From: Lytechinus pictus
Taxonomy: Eukaryota
DNA: 64,000 bases
Assembly: GCF_037042905.1 (NCBI RefSeq)
Contig: NC_087251.1
Location: 2,048,001 to 2,112,000 of the forward strand
Reading direction: 5' to 3'
In this document: positions 49,354-64,000 of the stretch, piece after piece
How positions within the stretch are numbered: position 1 is the stretch's first letter
How the letters are laid out: every line of letters begins with the position of its first letter
Made by a program: the position numbers and the translations under genes
The notes under the pieces: model-generated
Seen by the model: only the letters and a program-made list of their open reading frames with translations
What the model was told of the DNA's origin: nothing
Database searches by the model: none

Positions 49354-52300
49354 AATAAAGAGGCATGGATGGACGAGATGTCATGATTGTTACACTGCTG
49401 CTAATTACCAATGATCATGCAAGACCAACCATTAATACTATTCTTGACCATCAACATGATCAAGACCGTGGTTACATGTGACCATGCAAGCATTTCATTC
49501 CTTAAAACAATGAGCAGTACTCTAGACTTGAAACGATTCGAGACGGTGTTCATAAATGATTCATTTGTCACGTTCTTGTTCACAGGATCCTGACGTTAAT
49601 CTGCAAAGGGATCAGTAGTTGTAATGGTAGGTCAAGATAATGTCAGGAACTTGTCCACGTGAGCAAATTACCATGGTAACGCATCCACGTATTGCTGAAC
49701 GGAGTGATGAAGGAAGGAGAAAATGCGCAGATAGATAGATATGTAGATTGATAAAAAGACAGAGAGAAAATGAAAGACAGAGAGAAATAGGGGGAAGAGG
49801 GGGAGAGAGTAAAGAAAAGATGGAATGATGGTATTGCTGATTGTATTTTCTTGCTATTGCAATGAAGATAAGATTGGGGATAACATGAATGTAAAATTCG
49901 ACATTATTCAACTTTTTAATTTGGATAATAACTTATTTTTTAATTTTACACTTGACATCTCATACAAATCGGTAATAGTAGGATCCATGGTAATATCCTG
50001 TAATTTGTCAAGATTATATGTATCTTCACATCCATATATCTGTCTTAAAATCTGTAAATAATGTTTAAACTTTTCGTTATAATGATATTCGTAAACTTGT
50101 GTATTTCAAACTATGGATTTCAAGTGTTATGTCAATAATAATGTCATCATCTTTAGGAGTCGGATTCATTCAACTATCGCATGACTGTGGATAAAGTGCG
50201 CTGGGCAATAGGGAAAAGTTGAAGGGAATTTATTTAATTCGTACAACTTTGCTAAATGCATTGCATGTTAAGCATTTTATTTTTTTGTTTGTTTATCTTA
50301 CTTTACTTATTCACGGTTAGAAAAAAATATATTACGACGATATGTGTTTGCGTAGATGTATACCTCTAGCGTAAGCGTGTGAAATATTCTCTTTCGCAAT
50401 AATGTTTTAATATAAATATTGAATCTTAGAATTTACACATTAATTCAATGAAAAATGCTGAAAAATGATCAAAAATTATTTTTGTTCAGCTAATCTGTAA
50501 TACTCATTATACATATACCATAAATAAGTCCAAGTCATATACCAAGAGTGACATATTTAAGATATAATTACAATAATTTTCCAAACAATATTGTAATAGA
50601 AGAATTTATATTATCATTGGAATTTTACTGAGTGGTTAAATAATTCATTGATTATCATAATTGCTTTCACCGTAGACAACACCCTCTTATTATGATTATT
50701 GTTAATATTTCTTCTTTTTTAACTTACATCAACTGCATGTATATAATATATTTCTTCATGAAGCGATCTGATATGCTTTTATTTGAGAATTTCAAAATTT
50801 TGTTGACTTCAAAGAAAATACTTTTTTCTGAGGAATATATAAATATTTATACTGTACATGTATACAGTATTATATTAAATTGTTTTCATGCAATGTGATG
50901 TAAAATAGTTTTTAGTTTGTTAGATGAAACAACAAAAATCGTAGAATTGTACCCAGCATTTCAAATATATTTTGATTATTTTTTAAATATCTTTTTGCTA
51001 CTGCGGAATGAGTTTTTCTAAATACATATATAGTTTCATGTTTATTTTACCTGTTAGAATTTTCCGATGTATAATTCGTATATGTTCAATGTAAAGCGCC
51101 GTGGTATACTAGCGTGACATGCTATACCGATATTATCATTATCTTATAGATAGACATCAAATGCATGATGATATACTTTTAATAGGGGCAAGCCCGGAGA
51201 GGCAATTAGCTGTAAGATTTATGATGGGATGGCTTTGAATTGATATATTTGCAGGACTACAGGGAAACATCGTATGAAGTCATTCTCATTCCAGAAAGGT
51301 TTGACATGTTTCTCGCGTTGCTCAGATGCCGCGTTTGTTCATACCATCTGGTATGAAATATAACCTTTGACCTCAGAGTGAATGCTAGTAAGGTCGAGGT
51401 CAAGTTTAGATTTGAGTGCGTTTTCATTCCTAGGATTTCTGCCTTGTATTGTTTTCTTGTTTTTTTTAAAGAAAGTGAAATAGAGTGTGCGATAGCGTAT
51501 TCATAAATATTATTATCAAACATTGCAGTTCACGTGGCCGTATTATGCATAAAATTTGGCTTTTTGTATATGCATGATACAGGCTCATTAGCATTTCAAG
51601 CGATCTCGCATCACTTGTAGTGATATATTTTTTATAGTAACATGTAACAAATGGCGTAATTATGAACAATGATGATTTGATTTTATGTGAAAAATATTTT
51701 TAAATAAAAAAAAAATACGAGAGGCCTGATGTGTATAGTAAGAAGTCACAGTGTGTGAATTTAATGGAAAAAGTACTTATGCTACTCAATTAAAAAGGAT
51801 TTTCGACGTGTTCATAAATAGTGATAAATTAGTGTTGTAGCCAAAGTATTTGAGGAGCATTTTGACATCGTGGTGTCTTTGGACTGGAAGTGGCTGAGTG
51901 TATATAGTATGTTGTGTGTTTAAGTAAAGTGTCGGAAATATTTTGATTTTTATATGGGCAGATGGGGGAGGGATATTTTTTAATCTTCATGTCAATTTGA
52001 GTTCCAAATTCATTACATAGACGTTACGATGTTGTAAGTCGTTGTGAAAATAGGGGCCTATATAAATCATATTTCTATTCCAATTTTTGCACGCCCTAAA
52101 TTAATAACGATCAAATTGGGTTAGAGGGGAAAATGACATATGTGTTTATTTAGAATTAGTAAATGTGATTCCTGGTTAATATTATGTTTCTGTATATTGT
52201 AATAAATATACATAATCAAGTGGTGTGATTGATTTATCATAGTGACATCAATGAAATATAATAAATTCTCAAAAATATTTGTGATTAAGTTCATTTATTT

Positions 52301-52477
52301 TGTCATTTTTTCTTTAAAAATCATAGAATATGAAAAATGCGTTGTGATGTTTTGTTAACACAGAGGCTATTTATAAAGTGACAGTTGTCCTCTTAATTCA
52401 AGCAATAAAAAACAACCAAACACATACATGTATTCAAATGTTCATATTTGATATAAATAGAGGCCTACAATAATATT

Positions 52478-54120
<1,643 letters not shown>

Positions 54121-55374
54121 TGCTGACAGCGAAGGTGGCGAGGCCGAGTGGTCTAGGGAGTCTGACTGCACACATGAAAATGTGGGGTTAGATTTTTTTT
54201 ATAAATGAAAAACAATGAAAATTATTCAAAGAGAGAGAGAATTAAAGAAATGGATAGCATGGATAGGGGAGGGAGAAAGGTGAGAGAGAGAGGGGGGAAG
54301 TGGTGAAAAGGAGAGGGACAGAGGGGACAGAGAGGGTGAGGGGCGAGATAAAGGTTAATGTTTCATGATGTATTTTGACTGAACCCACTCTCTGGAGAAT
54401 ATATTTCAACATTAAACGAACATTGAGTAAAATACGTGCAGCTCTTCTTATTCTCATCAAGACGTGCGTAGCGACAAAACACTCCAAGAGTTTCACTGGC
54501 GCCATAGCCGGAAGATAATTATCATAACGGGTGAAACTAGTTTAAGAGAGTACAGTTTTTAAAAAATTGATATGATATGAATACACCATGATGTTTAGTC
54601 AACACCAAAGAGTGTTTATGTATAAAAAAAAAAACACAATAAAAGAACGATATGATTAATGATAACACCACTTGATGTTTAATTAGTGTTTACTAATTTT
54701 GTAAAATGATTGTGGCGATCCTCTGGTAACACTACCTTTTGTAGTTTAATCACCGATGATTTGCAATGTAAATGGGTAAAATTTATAAGTAAATAAAAAG
54801 GCATAATACAGTAATACAAAAACATGATGATGAAAATACACACACACGCCCACCCCACACCTACACACCCCCACATAATATATACAATTTATTAGGCGCT
54901 GATTATCTATACGTATCTATTCATTGGCGCCTTATTTATTACCACTGATTTAGCTGGAGCTGGAGTGAAATAATGGAACTTAAATACATAGACTATAGAA
55001 ATAAAGATAATCCAAATTAAGAGGGAAAATATTCAAGAATTATTGGATATTACAATTTAATTTACAAGAATGTGAAATAGAAGGTCATACTTGTATTAAC
55101 AAAAAAGAAATATGTGAGTGGAGTTCCCTCCGCTCACATATTTGAAGACGTCCATTAACATAATGTATTAATTAGTTTGGAATATGTTGCGTGTCTTTGG
55201 CTTGGTTTGGTTTTATTCACGATTAAAATACATTAGAATATAAACATCACAAAGTCATGATCATAATAAAATAATTAAATTTAACAATGAATGTAATACA
55301 AAATTATATCACAGGGATAAACCCGTTTCAACTTGGCTATAAATAGTCAACCTGTTCTTCCTCAGGGTCCCTAT

Positions 55375-55529
55375 TAGTCTGCTGTGCAAACCCTTCACTC
55401 GAGTTAAGGGTCTGAATGTGCAGCCTACTCATGCCTTGTGTACTAAAGGCCCTCTCGCTCTGTGCTAGTCTTTGCGTGGAGACACACTTTCTGATCAAAG
55501 TCTCAATCAGGATCTGTGCCTGCAGACTA
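55375..55529. mobile_element. Academ(H)-type MITE, opposite orientation to 18738-18907
   Basis: TAGTCTGC...GCAGACTA termini; exact 9-bp TSD GGTCCCTAT (55366-55374, 55530-55538). Confidence 0.85.
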
Positions 55530-56520
55530 GGTCCCTATTATCAATAGATCTTCATGAAACTCATTTCCACGTATATTCTTTCATCACGTGAAGATGACGA
55601 GTTAGTCCAGTTGTTTGCAATAAATAAAGACACTTTGTGTTTAAATACTGATGCTAAACATGCTAAATTAACCTATGTACCTTCACCAAGCCGTGATAGT
55701 CCCTTTATACAATGAAACTTATGTCCTCTAAATGTCTTTCTTGAAATTAAGTATTTGGCAACCTCCTCGGAAGAATACATTAATATCTATAGCCACTTAG
55801 TTATAGGCTTAGATACTTAACCCGCCACCCCCCCCCCCCCCTTAATGTTTTTTTTTCTTTTTCTGATTGAAACTGGGTTGAATAAGGAGACAAGGTTATT
55901 TTTGTAAGGGAGTATTGTCTTTACTTCTAATCCCTTCAGTGTCTCGATCGTTCTCTCCTATGATGAAATGAACATATTTCACAAGTTTCACATACCTTGC
56001 TATGAACCAGAGTTCATCTCTCGTCTCATCGCAGTTCAAAATAATGCCTTTCAATTACTCTCTAATGTATCATTGTTTGTCCCTTGACGGTTAAATTGAG
56101 CATTTACGTTTTGGTTTATAGCCTACATCCATATGAACCCCGATAATTATTTCATGAATAACAAAATGGTAGTATGATATAGCCATTATTAAGTTAAAAT
56201 TCACCTCTATTTTGGGTAATTTCGATTTAGTTATAATAAAGCGTCAATCGTCTTTATTCCACCCAACGATCATTATCATGCACTCTCTCTCTTGTCCACT
56301 ATATATTTAGTGAACTTGTTCTTAAAGTGCATTGATTCTTTGAACGAAATTCATATAATGTTTTATCATTATAAATAAGCGCAAGTACCATATTAAGCCC
56401 AATCTGCTAAGAAATATTATTTCAATGGCAGTTGAAATGACAATAATGATGAATAATAATAAAAGAATGACAATATGAAAATAAAAAGCTATTGACTTTT
56501 CCGTGTAACACTCATAATGA

Positions 56521-56972
56521 AGGTGTACACTAGACTAAAATATTATGATTTAAACAGAGGAAGGAAAATCAGACAAACAAAACACTGTAAATGTCTTCAG
56601 ATCGGATAATTAAACCTTTTCTATATAAAATATGCAATGAGCAAGCTGATGATGCCATATCTTATACTATTCTGTATTTCATTATATGAAATCATTTTTT
56701 TTTTAATTTCATGCATAAGACTTTCATTGCTGCAACGTATTTTTTGTGATTTCATGTAAAAACATAAGACAAAAGAAAGTGAGGACATGATATCACCAGC
56801 CCACTCAATGAATATTCTTGAAGGCCTGCTTATAACTGTTTACACAAAATATTAAAATTCTAAACTTCAACACCGTTGTTATCAGATTTTGATAACATTT
56901 TCAGCGTTTTCAGCGTCGGTGAATTTTGCTCTTTTTATTTAGATGTAATTATTTTCAGCCCGGAGCTTCTCT
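56521..56972. mobile_element. Old degraded TTAA-type MITE related to family B
   Basis: Shares atcggataa / catcagcccac / atcagattttgat motifs with 8435-9080 and ends ...ct|TTAA. Confidence 0.5.
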
Positions 56973-58991
56973 TTAAGCAGGACTCTGGAAGATGTTGTAA
57001 AAATCAATTTATACGTTTTTACACCTACTGTGTTGGTCATGCTGTTTTTCTCAAATATCTAAGCCAAGTTATTGTCTAATTTTGTTCGAGTATGGTTCGA
57101 ATATCGTTCAACCGTGTTCGAGTTAATGCAAGCCCCAACTGTTTCCTCGTAGGAACACCCTGAGGATGAAAGACCACCATTCCAATCAGCCGTTATTAAA
57201 TTCACTTATACACACCCTATGTGAAATGCACATCATCACATTATCATTTCAGGAGAATAGATAGTCAAGTTGATTATAACATTGATGTGGCTATAACAAT
57301 AGTGGGACTTGAAAGATCATTTCATCTAGATTACGTCCTAGTATAAAAAAGTTTGAAAATGGGTGATTATGTAATGTTATACTTATTAAATGAACAAAAT
57401 CTGCGGATGATAGAAAATAATATTAGAACTGGATTAGACGAAGCAGTAAAAACCAAGTTTGCCATCAAATCTTCCTTTAAAATTTTATTTAAAAAATCAA
57501 ATACAAGATACTGTACTTGTCTTAAAAAAATAAGCTTTTCAGTTTGCATTAGAAATTGTCCCTCTGATTCATTTTATTCTGATAAGATATCCATTTATTT
57601 AAAATACAATAATGAAGAGTCTGATAAATGAGAATAATTCAAAGAAGATGAGCAATTAGTTTTGATATGATAATATGAAAAAGTATAATGATGACATCCC
57701 ATCTGAGACTGACACAGAGACAATGAATGATTAATTTTTGCAATGTCAGTAAATAAATAAATAAGTCTTACGCTCATAATGGAAACATCCTAAAACAATG
57801 CTCAAATTACTCCGTGAATTTTCACCCTCTAGTGATATGGATATTCTTCATTTTGACTCTAAACTCCTATGTCTTGCTACCTCTTATATATTTATAAATC
57901 TTTACGTAAAACTGGAGTCTTTTTCTAGAGTCAGTCTCCGATGATCGGAAGACAAAGCCTGTAAGGGAAGGGGTCTTGCTCTGAGATTATTATCGGCTGA
58001 TATCAGTTGTCTGCCATAATAATAGCCAAATTAATCCAACAATAGTTTTTAAAAACGAAAAAGTATAGTAACCATGATAAAAATTAGAATTTTTGTGGTC
58101 ACGTGACAGGCAATATTGTGACGTCATGTTAGTTGATTCGGAATACGTATACCGTTAATTAGATCATTACTCTCTACCTATATGAAAATAAAAGAAGAAT
58201 GTCATTTTTTTTCCACTGATTATATACAAATGAAAATTTCTTTTACTTTTACATGTATATAATTTATCAACGATTGCAATCAGTTGGAAGAAAGACTACA
58301 TGATGTAAATAAAATATTTGTTAATCGTTTGAAGAGTGTCTGATATCAACATCATTTGCAATGTATACTGGTATAGGTAGATAGCTGGTGGGTTTCCAGA
58401 AAGTTCATAATAAATCACAAAACTGACTGCTATAAAACGTTGCAAAGATTTTTGACATCATTGGCGTTTGTTATCATGATACCTATTATTTACATCTACC
58501 TCGTATAACTAGCACTCTTCGACACAAATGTTTCGTGGTGGTATTCGAATACAAAGTATAAAGGATATGGTGTTAACATGAACACACGGTGGAGTTGAAA
58601 TTGAAGTTTACCTGGAGCAGAAGAAAAAAATCACACTGTAAATTGATGGGTAAAAGAGAGGAGAGAAAGAATTATCTTGAGTGGCATGACTTTCAGCACC
58701 CACCTACATTATCGTGAAATGACCTAAATCTTGAATTGTTCCATTTTCTTTTCAATAAAATACAAACGATTGTGCTGAGGGGAATGTTACCAGAATGTGA
58801 CAGCGCAGGTTTTGAGCTGTTTGGCGTTTGTTAAAAGCTTTTATGCTGTAGGGTATATAGAATTGTAGATAAGCAGAATGAATAACTCCTCCAAACACAA
58901 GCTACCATGCAAGTCACACCAATAAAAACAACTCATGATCGATCTGTCTGTATTTCCATGGGGGGAAATCTCTCCCCAAAGGTAGGGGAAC

Positions 58992-59198
58992 CAGGGGCGG
59001 ATCCAGGATTTTCCCACGGAAAATTTGACAAGCAAAAAAAAAAGGTTATCATTTCGATTTTGAATGATGTAATTCTTTTCCATCATAAAAGACCACAAAT
59101 AGTAGGGGGGACATTTGGTATTGTGTCACCCCACCCCTTTCCAAATGGTAGGGGGACGCGTCCCCCGTCCCCCCCCCCCCCTGGGATTTCCGCCCGTG
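58992..59198. mobile_element. hAT-like MITE
   Basis: CAGGGGCGGATCCAGG ... GGGATTTCCGCCCGTG imperfect TIRs; no clear TSD. Confidence 0.55.
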
Positions 59199-59611
59199 TG
59201 TATTTCTAATTACGTACAATCTATCTGTTTGGTGTCGATCGCAGTGATATGACTGTTACTGGGCTCTCTTAAGCTAGGGTTACACCAAAACCGAATTCTC
59301 CCGAATAAATTCGGACCGATTCTGCCCGAATATTGACCGATATGATTCGGATGGATTCGGAAACTCTTCGTCTCTGATTCGCGGAGCTCTCCGAATAGAG
59401 ATAAATATAAAAAAAAGTCTGCTTAATAAAATGAAATAATAATAAGAGTACTTTACAAATTTCAGTGACATGAGCTGCACGAAATTTCAAATATCCACAA
59501 CAAAGAAATCTGTGTAAATAGACCTGCTCACTATAACATGTTAACATTCTAAGTATCCTTTTGAGCAAAGGTTGTTCTTGGCAACCCAAAAGGTTATCCA
59601 AGACCTTTCCG

Positions 59612-59845
59612 ACTTCTTCTTGTTGTTCTTGTTCTTATTATTCTTGTTCTTCTTGATCTTCTTCTTCTTGTTCTTCTTCTTATCCTTCTTCTTCTTCTTC
59701 TTCTTCTTCTTCTTCTTGTTCGTGTTCTTGTTCTTCTTGTTCATGTTCTTCTTGTTCTTTTTCTTGTTCTTCTACTTCTTCTTATTATTATTCGTGTTCT
59801 TGTTCTTATTGTTCTTCTTGTTTTTCTTGTTCTTCTTCTTCATCA
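59612..59845. repeat. (CTT/GTT)n microsatellite
   Basis: Directly visible. Confidence 0.95.
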
Positions 59846-60104
59846 ACATTTGTTAAATGTAGGGCTTCTACATTCAACCTTTATCATTCTCATTTCCTCC
59901 TAATCTATTTTCGCTTGTTCTTATTTTTTTATTCCTTCCCCATCCCTTCTCATTTCTCATTTGCATTTAAGAATATTGATAGGCCTAATATATTAAGGCC
60001 TAGAGCGGACAACATGCAATGCAATATTAAATTTCTACAGTGTTCAGGTTCAAAAATGAAAAAGAAAAACACAAATATCATGAATAAATGGCCTAATGGG
60101 AAAA

Positions 60105-60650
60105 GGCCAACAAACAAATTGGAAATTAGACCAAGTGGCATGTAGAAGAAATGAATGTTAGACTTTCTGGAAATTATACGAAGTGGGAATTAGCAGAAGT
60201 GGAAATTAGACCAAGTGTAAATTAGTCGAAATGGAAAATAGACCAACTGCGCATTAGGCCAACTACAATATAGACCAAATGAATAATAGACCAAGTGAGG
60301 GTTAGACGAACTGGTTTGAGACCAACTAGAATTAGATTAGCCGACATGTAGACGAACTATTAATAGACCAAATGCAATTAGACCAAGTGATAATAAAAAA
60401 TTAGACCAAATGGCAATTAAACAAAAAGAAAATTAGACTAAGTGACGATTAGCCCAACTGGGCATTAGACCAAATTGCAATTAGACCAATTGGCTGTTAG
60501 ACCAAGTGGTCTTAAGACCAATTGGCAATTAGACCTAGTGGTCATTAGACTAATTGGCTATTAGACCAAGTGGTCATTAGACCAAATGAGAATTGAACTA
60601 AGTGGGTTTAGCCCGAATGTTGTTAGCCCATCTGAAGATGAGCCCAACCG
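60105..60650. repeat. Minisatellite with a 20-21-bp unit (attagaccaagtgg..)
   Basis: More than 20 degenerate copies of tagaccaa at about 20-bp spacing. Confidence 0.9.
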
Positions 60651-61429
60651 TCAGTAAACCCTAGCCTGCCCCTCAAGGAGTTCATTGCTTCCCTTGCTCA
60701 GCATGCCATAACAATTCACAGCTGACGTGGTGACAAATTCCTGGTAAAAACCTTGTTAGTGATTTATGCGGATCCTTTCCAAAATTCGTAAACATACAAT
60801 TTCTATTCTCTGATCATGAAATCAATTTCTTGCGGCTGATTCGATTCAATTCTATTCAATCAAGCCATTGTAAAACAGTCTGGGGACTAACACACACAAA
60901 ATTTACAGAATATAGAAAATACATGAAACCAAGTAACAACTATCAAAATTATGAAAAATGAGACTGATGTAATGACATGATTCCTGACGAGAGAACTAAA
61001 TAAAAATTGGATATTGCTTTGCAAATCTGTTTAATATCTTGCTTATGTATCTTTAAATAATGAAGAAAAAAAAATATTTCTAGCAGAAACAAACTACTGA
61101 CACCTCTCAAGTTTTCCTTAATTTGATTTGATTTGATAGCATTTATTTCGTTCATCATAAAAACCCAGAACAAATCAAGCTACATACAAAGTTAACATGC
61201 ATTATAATTTACATGGGAAAATTGTAAAGCAATCATGGTAATTTAATGATAAAATCTGGAAAACATTTGAAAACAGGAGAGTATTTTCATACATAATTCA
61301 TAAATGAATGAGGAAGCAACTAAGCAACCTTAAAGGCACTGGGAACTGAATATTATGATGTAATAAATACTGAATACCAAATATAAACATTGAGCATAAA
61401 GGGAAAAATACAAATTTTTGACAATACTG

Positions 61430-63760
61430 TATAAGTATGTTTATAAACTCCTCAAAAAAAGTTTGGAAATCTGACTTTGATCGTTTGATCGATAATCTCT
61501 CCTCGATTCTAGTGAATATTAATAAGTGATTGATACTAATGAATAGATCATTTAATTCTCTTTAAAATGATACCCTACATGATATGATTATGGTTCACAG
61601 TGCCTTGAAATGTAGGGCAAGGTCAAAATTCAAAAGTTGCAAAATGACACACTATTGAAAGTCACTGTTCTTTTTTCCCGTGGTGATGAGTGAGTTTCTC
61701 AGCGGTTTATTTTGTTTCCATGCACCTTAACGTCAACATTAACATGGAATCAAACACACCTCTGCACAAGCAAACACATAACAAACAAACATGCATGAGT
61801 ATTTCAAACCATGACTTATACCATGTTATCTCGCAGAACCATCAATACATAAACCACATCAAACATCAACAAGTGGAGCGCCTCTGGCAGTCTCACCTGA
61901 ATCACGCGATTCAATACAGCAGCAGTGCTGACTTTGAAAACTACTATAAAATAATTATTCACAAAAACACAATTCATATAATGATACAATACTACTTTCA
62001 TTGACAATAAATGCCATTTGACCTTGATCATGCAAGACTTGTCAGTGATACTTGATTACCCCTATATCCACATTTCATAAACTAAATCTATAAACTTTGA
62101 AAGTTATGTCAACAATCTAATAATTACCTCCGAAATGGCCAAAGTTCAATGACCTTAAATGACCTTTGACTTTGGTCATGTGACCTGAAACTCACATGAG
62201 ATTTTCAATGATACTTGACTACTCTATGTCCAAGTTTTATGAACTAGATCCATACACTTTCAGAATTATGATGGTTATTCAACAAATACCCCCAATATTG
62301 CCAAAGTCCATTGACCTTTGACCTTGGTCATATGACCTGAAACTTGCACAGGATGTTCAGTAATACTTGATCAACCTTATGGCCAAGTTTCATGAACTAG
62401 ATCCATATACTTTCTAAGTTATGCTGTCATTTCAAAAACTTAACCTTCGGTTAAGATTTGGTGTTGACGCGCCGCCGTCGGAAAAGCGGCGCCTATAGTC
62501 TCACTCTGCTTCGCAGGTGAGACAAAAATGAAAAAGCAGGGGTATTTTTTAATGGATTTTCATTTCTATAAGACAAAAGAATCATGTTCTTTGTTGACCC
62601 TTCAAGACTATTTCTGCTAGTTTTGCAGTTTTTCAATTCAGACCTCATCCAACACTTTTGAATCCTGCTCTTTTCGTGATGGCATGATCATTACAAGCAT
62701 GGTATAATTCTAAAAAGAATTAATTGGTCTTTTGAATGATATCAAATATGCATAGTGAAAAATTGGGAGTTGGGAGAAATTACTGGCCAAACTCAGATTT
62801 CCAAACCTTTTTGAGGGGTTTATATATAAACTCCTCAAAATAAGTTTGGAAATCTGACTTTGATCGATAATCCCTCCTCGGTTTTAGTAAAGATCAATGT
62901 GTAATTACTATCAATAAATAGAGCATTTAATTCTCTTTAAAATGATACCCTACATGATATGATTATGGGTCACATGGAGGTGCAGTGCCTTGAAATATAG
63001 GGCAAGGTCAAATTTCAAAAGCTGAAAAATGACACAATATTGAAAGTCACTGTTCTTTTTTCCGTGGTGATGATTGAGTTTCTTAGCGGTTTCCTTTGAC
63101 TTTGATCGATGATGCCTCATCGGTTCTAGTACATATCAATGTGTAATTAATATTAATGAATAGATTATTTAATTTTCTTTAAAATGATACCCTACATGAT
63201 GTGATTATCGTTCACATGGAGGTGCAGTGCCTTGAAATGTGGGGCAAGGTCAAAATTCAAAAGTTGCAAAATGACACAATATTGAAAGTTCTTTTTTCAG
63301 TGATGATGAGTGAGTTTCTCAGCGGTTTCTTTTAATTATTTCCATGCACCTTTACATCATCATTAACATGGAATCAAACACACCTCTGCACAAGCAAACA
63401 CATAACAAACAAACAAACAAACATGCATGGGTATTTCAAACCACGACTCAAACCATGTTATCTCACAGAACCATCACCGTGACTACAGAAGCAGGGGCTT
63501 GATTTGAATGGATTTTAATCTCTATTGACACAGACAAAATAATCATGTTCTGTATTGACCCTTCATGACTATTTCTGCTCGTTTTGCAGCTTTTCAATTC
63601 AGACCTCATCCAACACTTTTGAATCCTGCTTGTTCTGCTTCGTGATGGCATGATCATGACAAGCATGGTATCATTTTAAAGAGAATCAAATGATCTTTTG
63701 AATATCAAATATGCATTGTGTAAAATTGGAAATTGGGAGAAATTAATGGCCAAACTCAGA
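61430..63760. repeat. Diverged tandem duplication with an internal sub-duplication of about 240 bp
   Basis: ataaactcctcaaaa..ggaaatctgactttgatcg occurs at 61443 and 62826; aaaatgataccctacatgat..ggcaaggtcaaa occurs three times. Confidence 0.85.
61867..62527. mobile_element. Non-autonomous Helentron/DINE-like element
   Basis: Subterminal inverted repeat gtctcacctg (61890) / caggtgagac (62514), terminal stem-loop gtctcac..gtgagac next to an A run, internal tgacctttgaccttg repeats; absent from the second tandem unit. Confidence 0.65.
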
Positions 63761-63763
63761 TAT

Positions 63764-64000
63764 ACTACCCCCTAGTAGTTACCTATGACCCCATCACAGC
63801 TAAAATCACTCGAATCATCCACAAACACAACCCTACATTATCAGAAAACCAGCTACTTCACGCCACCTTCCAGGACCCCCCCCCCCCCCCCCATGGTCGC
63901 CTTTAGGAGGGCCCGCACTTTACGTGACCTCCTCACAAAAGCGGCTGACCCCACAAAACTCAGCAGACACCAAGACAACGACAACAATAACAACATCAAC
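63764..64000 (+). mobile_element. 5'-truncated Penelope-like element fragment (RT thumb and linker before GIY-YIG)
   Basis: Translates to LPLVVTYDPITAKITRIIHKH...FQDPP..MVAFRRARTLRDLLTKA, the typical PLE PLVxTY...AxRRxxxLRDxL pattern; runs off the window. Confidence 0.8.

Noticed and set aside
60105..60650. Regularly spaced short repeats resembling a CRISPR array
   Set aside because: The units are contiguous degenerate 20-21-mers without unique spacers, there are no cas genes, and the context is eukaryotic.

Overview
Eukaryotic, AT-rich, repeat-dense animal DNA. The repeat types and the NXPE gene suggest a sea urchin-like marine invertebrate, but that is inference. Two host genes are supported. 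(1) An NXPE (neurexophilin/PC-esterase)-family gene on the minus strand, with four in-phase coding exons (18390-18265, 10669-10340, 7552-7410, 1367-1104); its later exons could not be located. (2) A gene with one coding exon (48652-49353) for a secreted, probably GPI-anchored, stand-alone agrin-NtA-like protein. Most of the rest is transposon-derived: decayed and nested CR1/L2-group LINEs, an I/Jockey-type ORF1 remnant, Penelope remnants (one with a minimal hammerhead motif), and MITEs of Kolobok-, piggyBac-, hAT-, EnSpm-, Harbinger-, Academ-, Transib- and Helentron-like type, many with readable TSDs. The most unusual structure is an 8.9-kb element (38320-47193) with no recognisable coding capacity. 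It has apparently identical split direct repeats in the A1-internal-B1-A2-spacer-B2 order of PAT/Ngaro tyrosine-recombinase retroelements, the same TTAT tetramer at both ends and at the internal junction, and splice-like signals in its 6.2-kb interior. Also notable are a composite element with about 460-bp terminal direct repeats and swapped 4-bp flanks, a Transib element with a 12-RSS-like end, and a cluster of 44-bp palindromes. All alignments were done by eye and no database searches were run.
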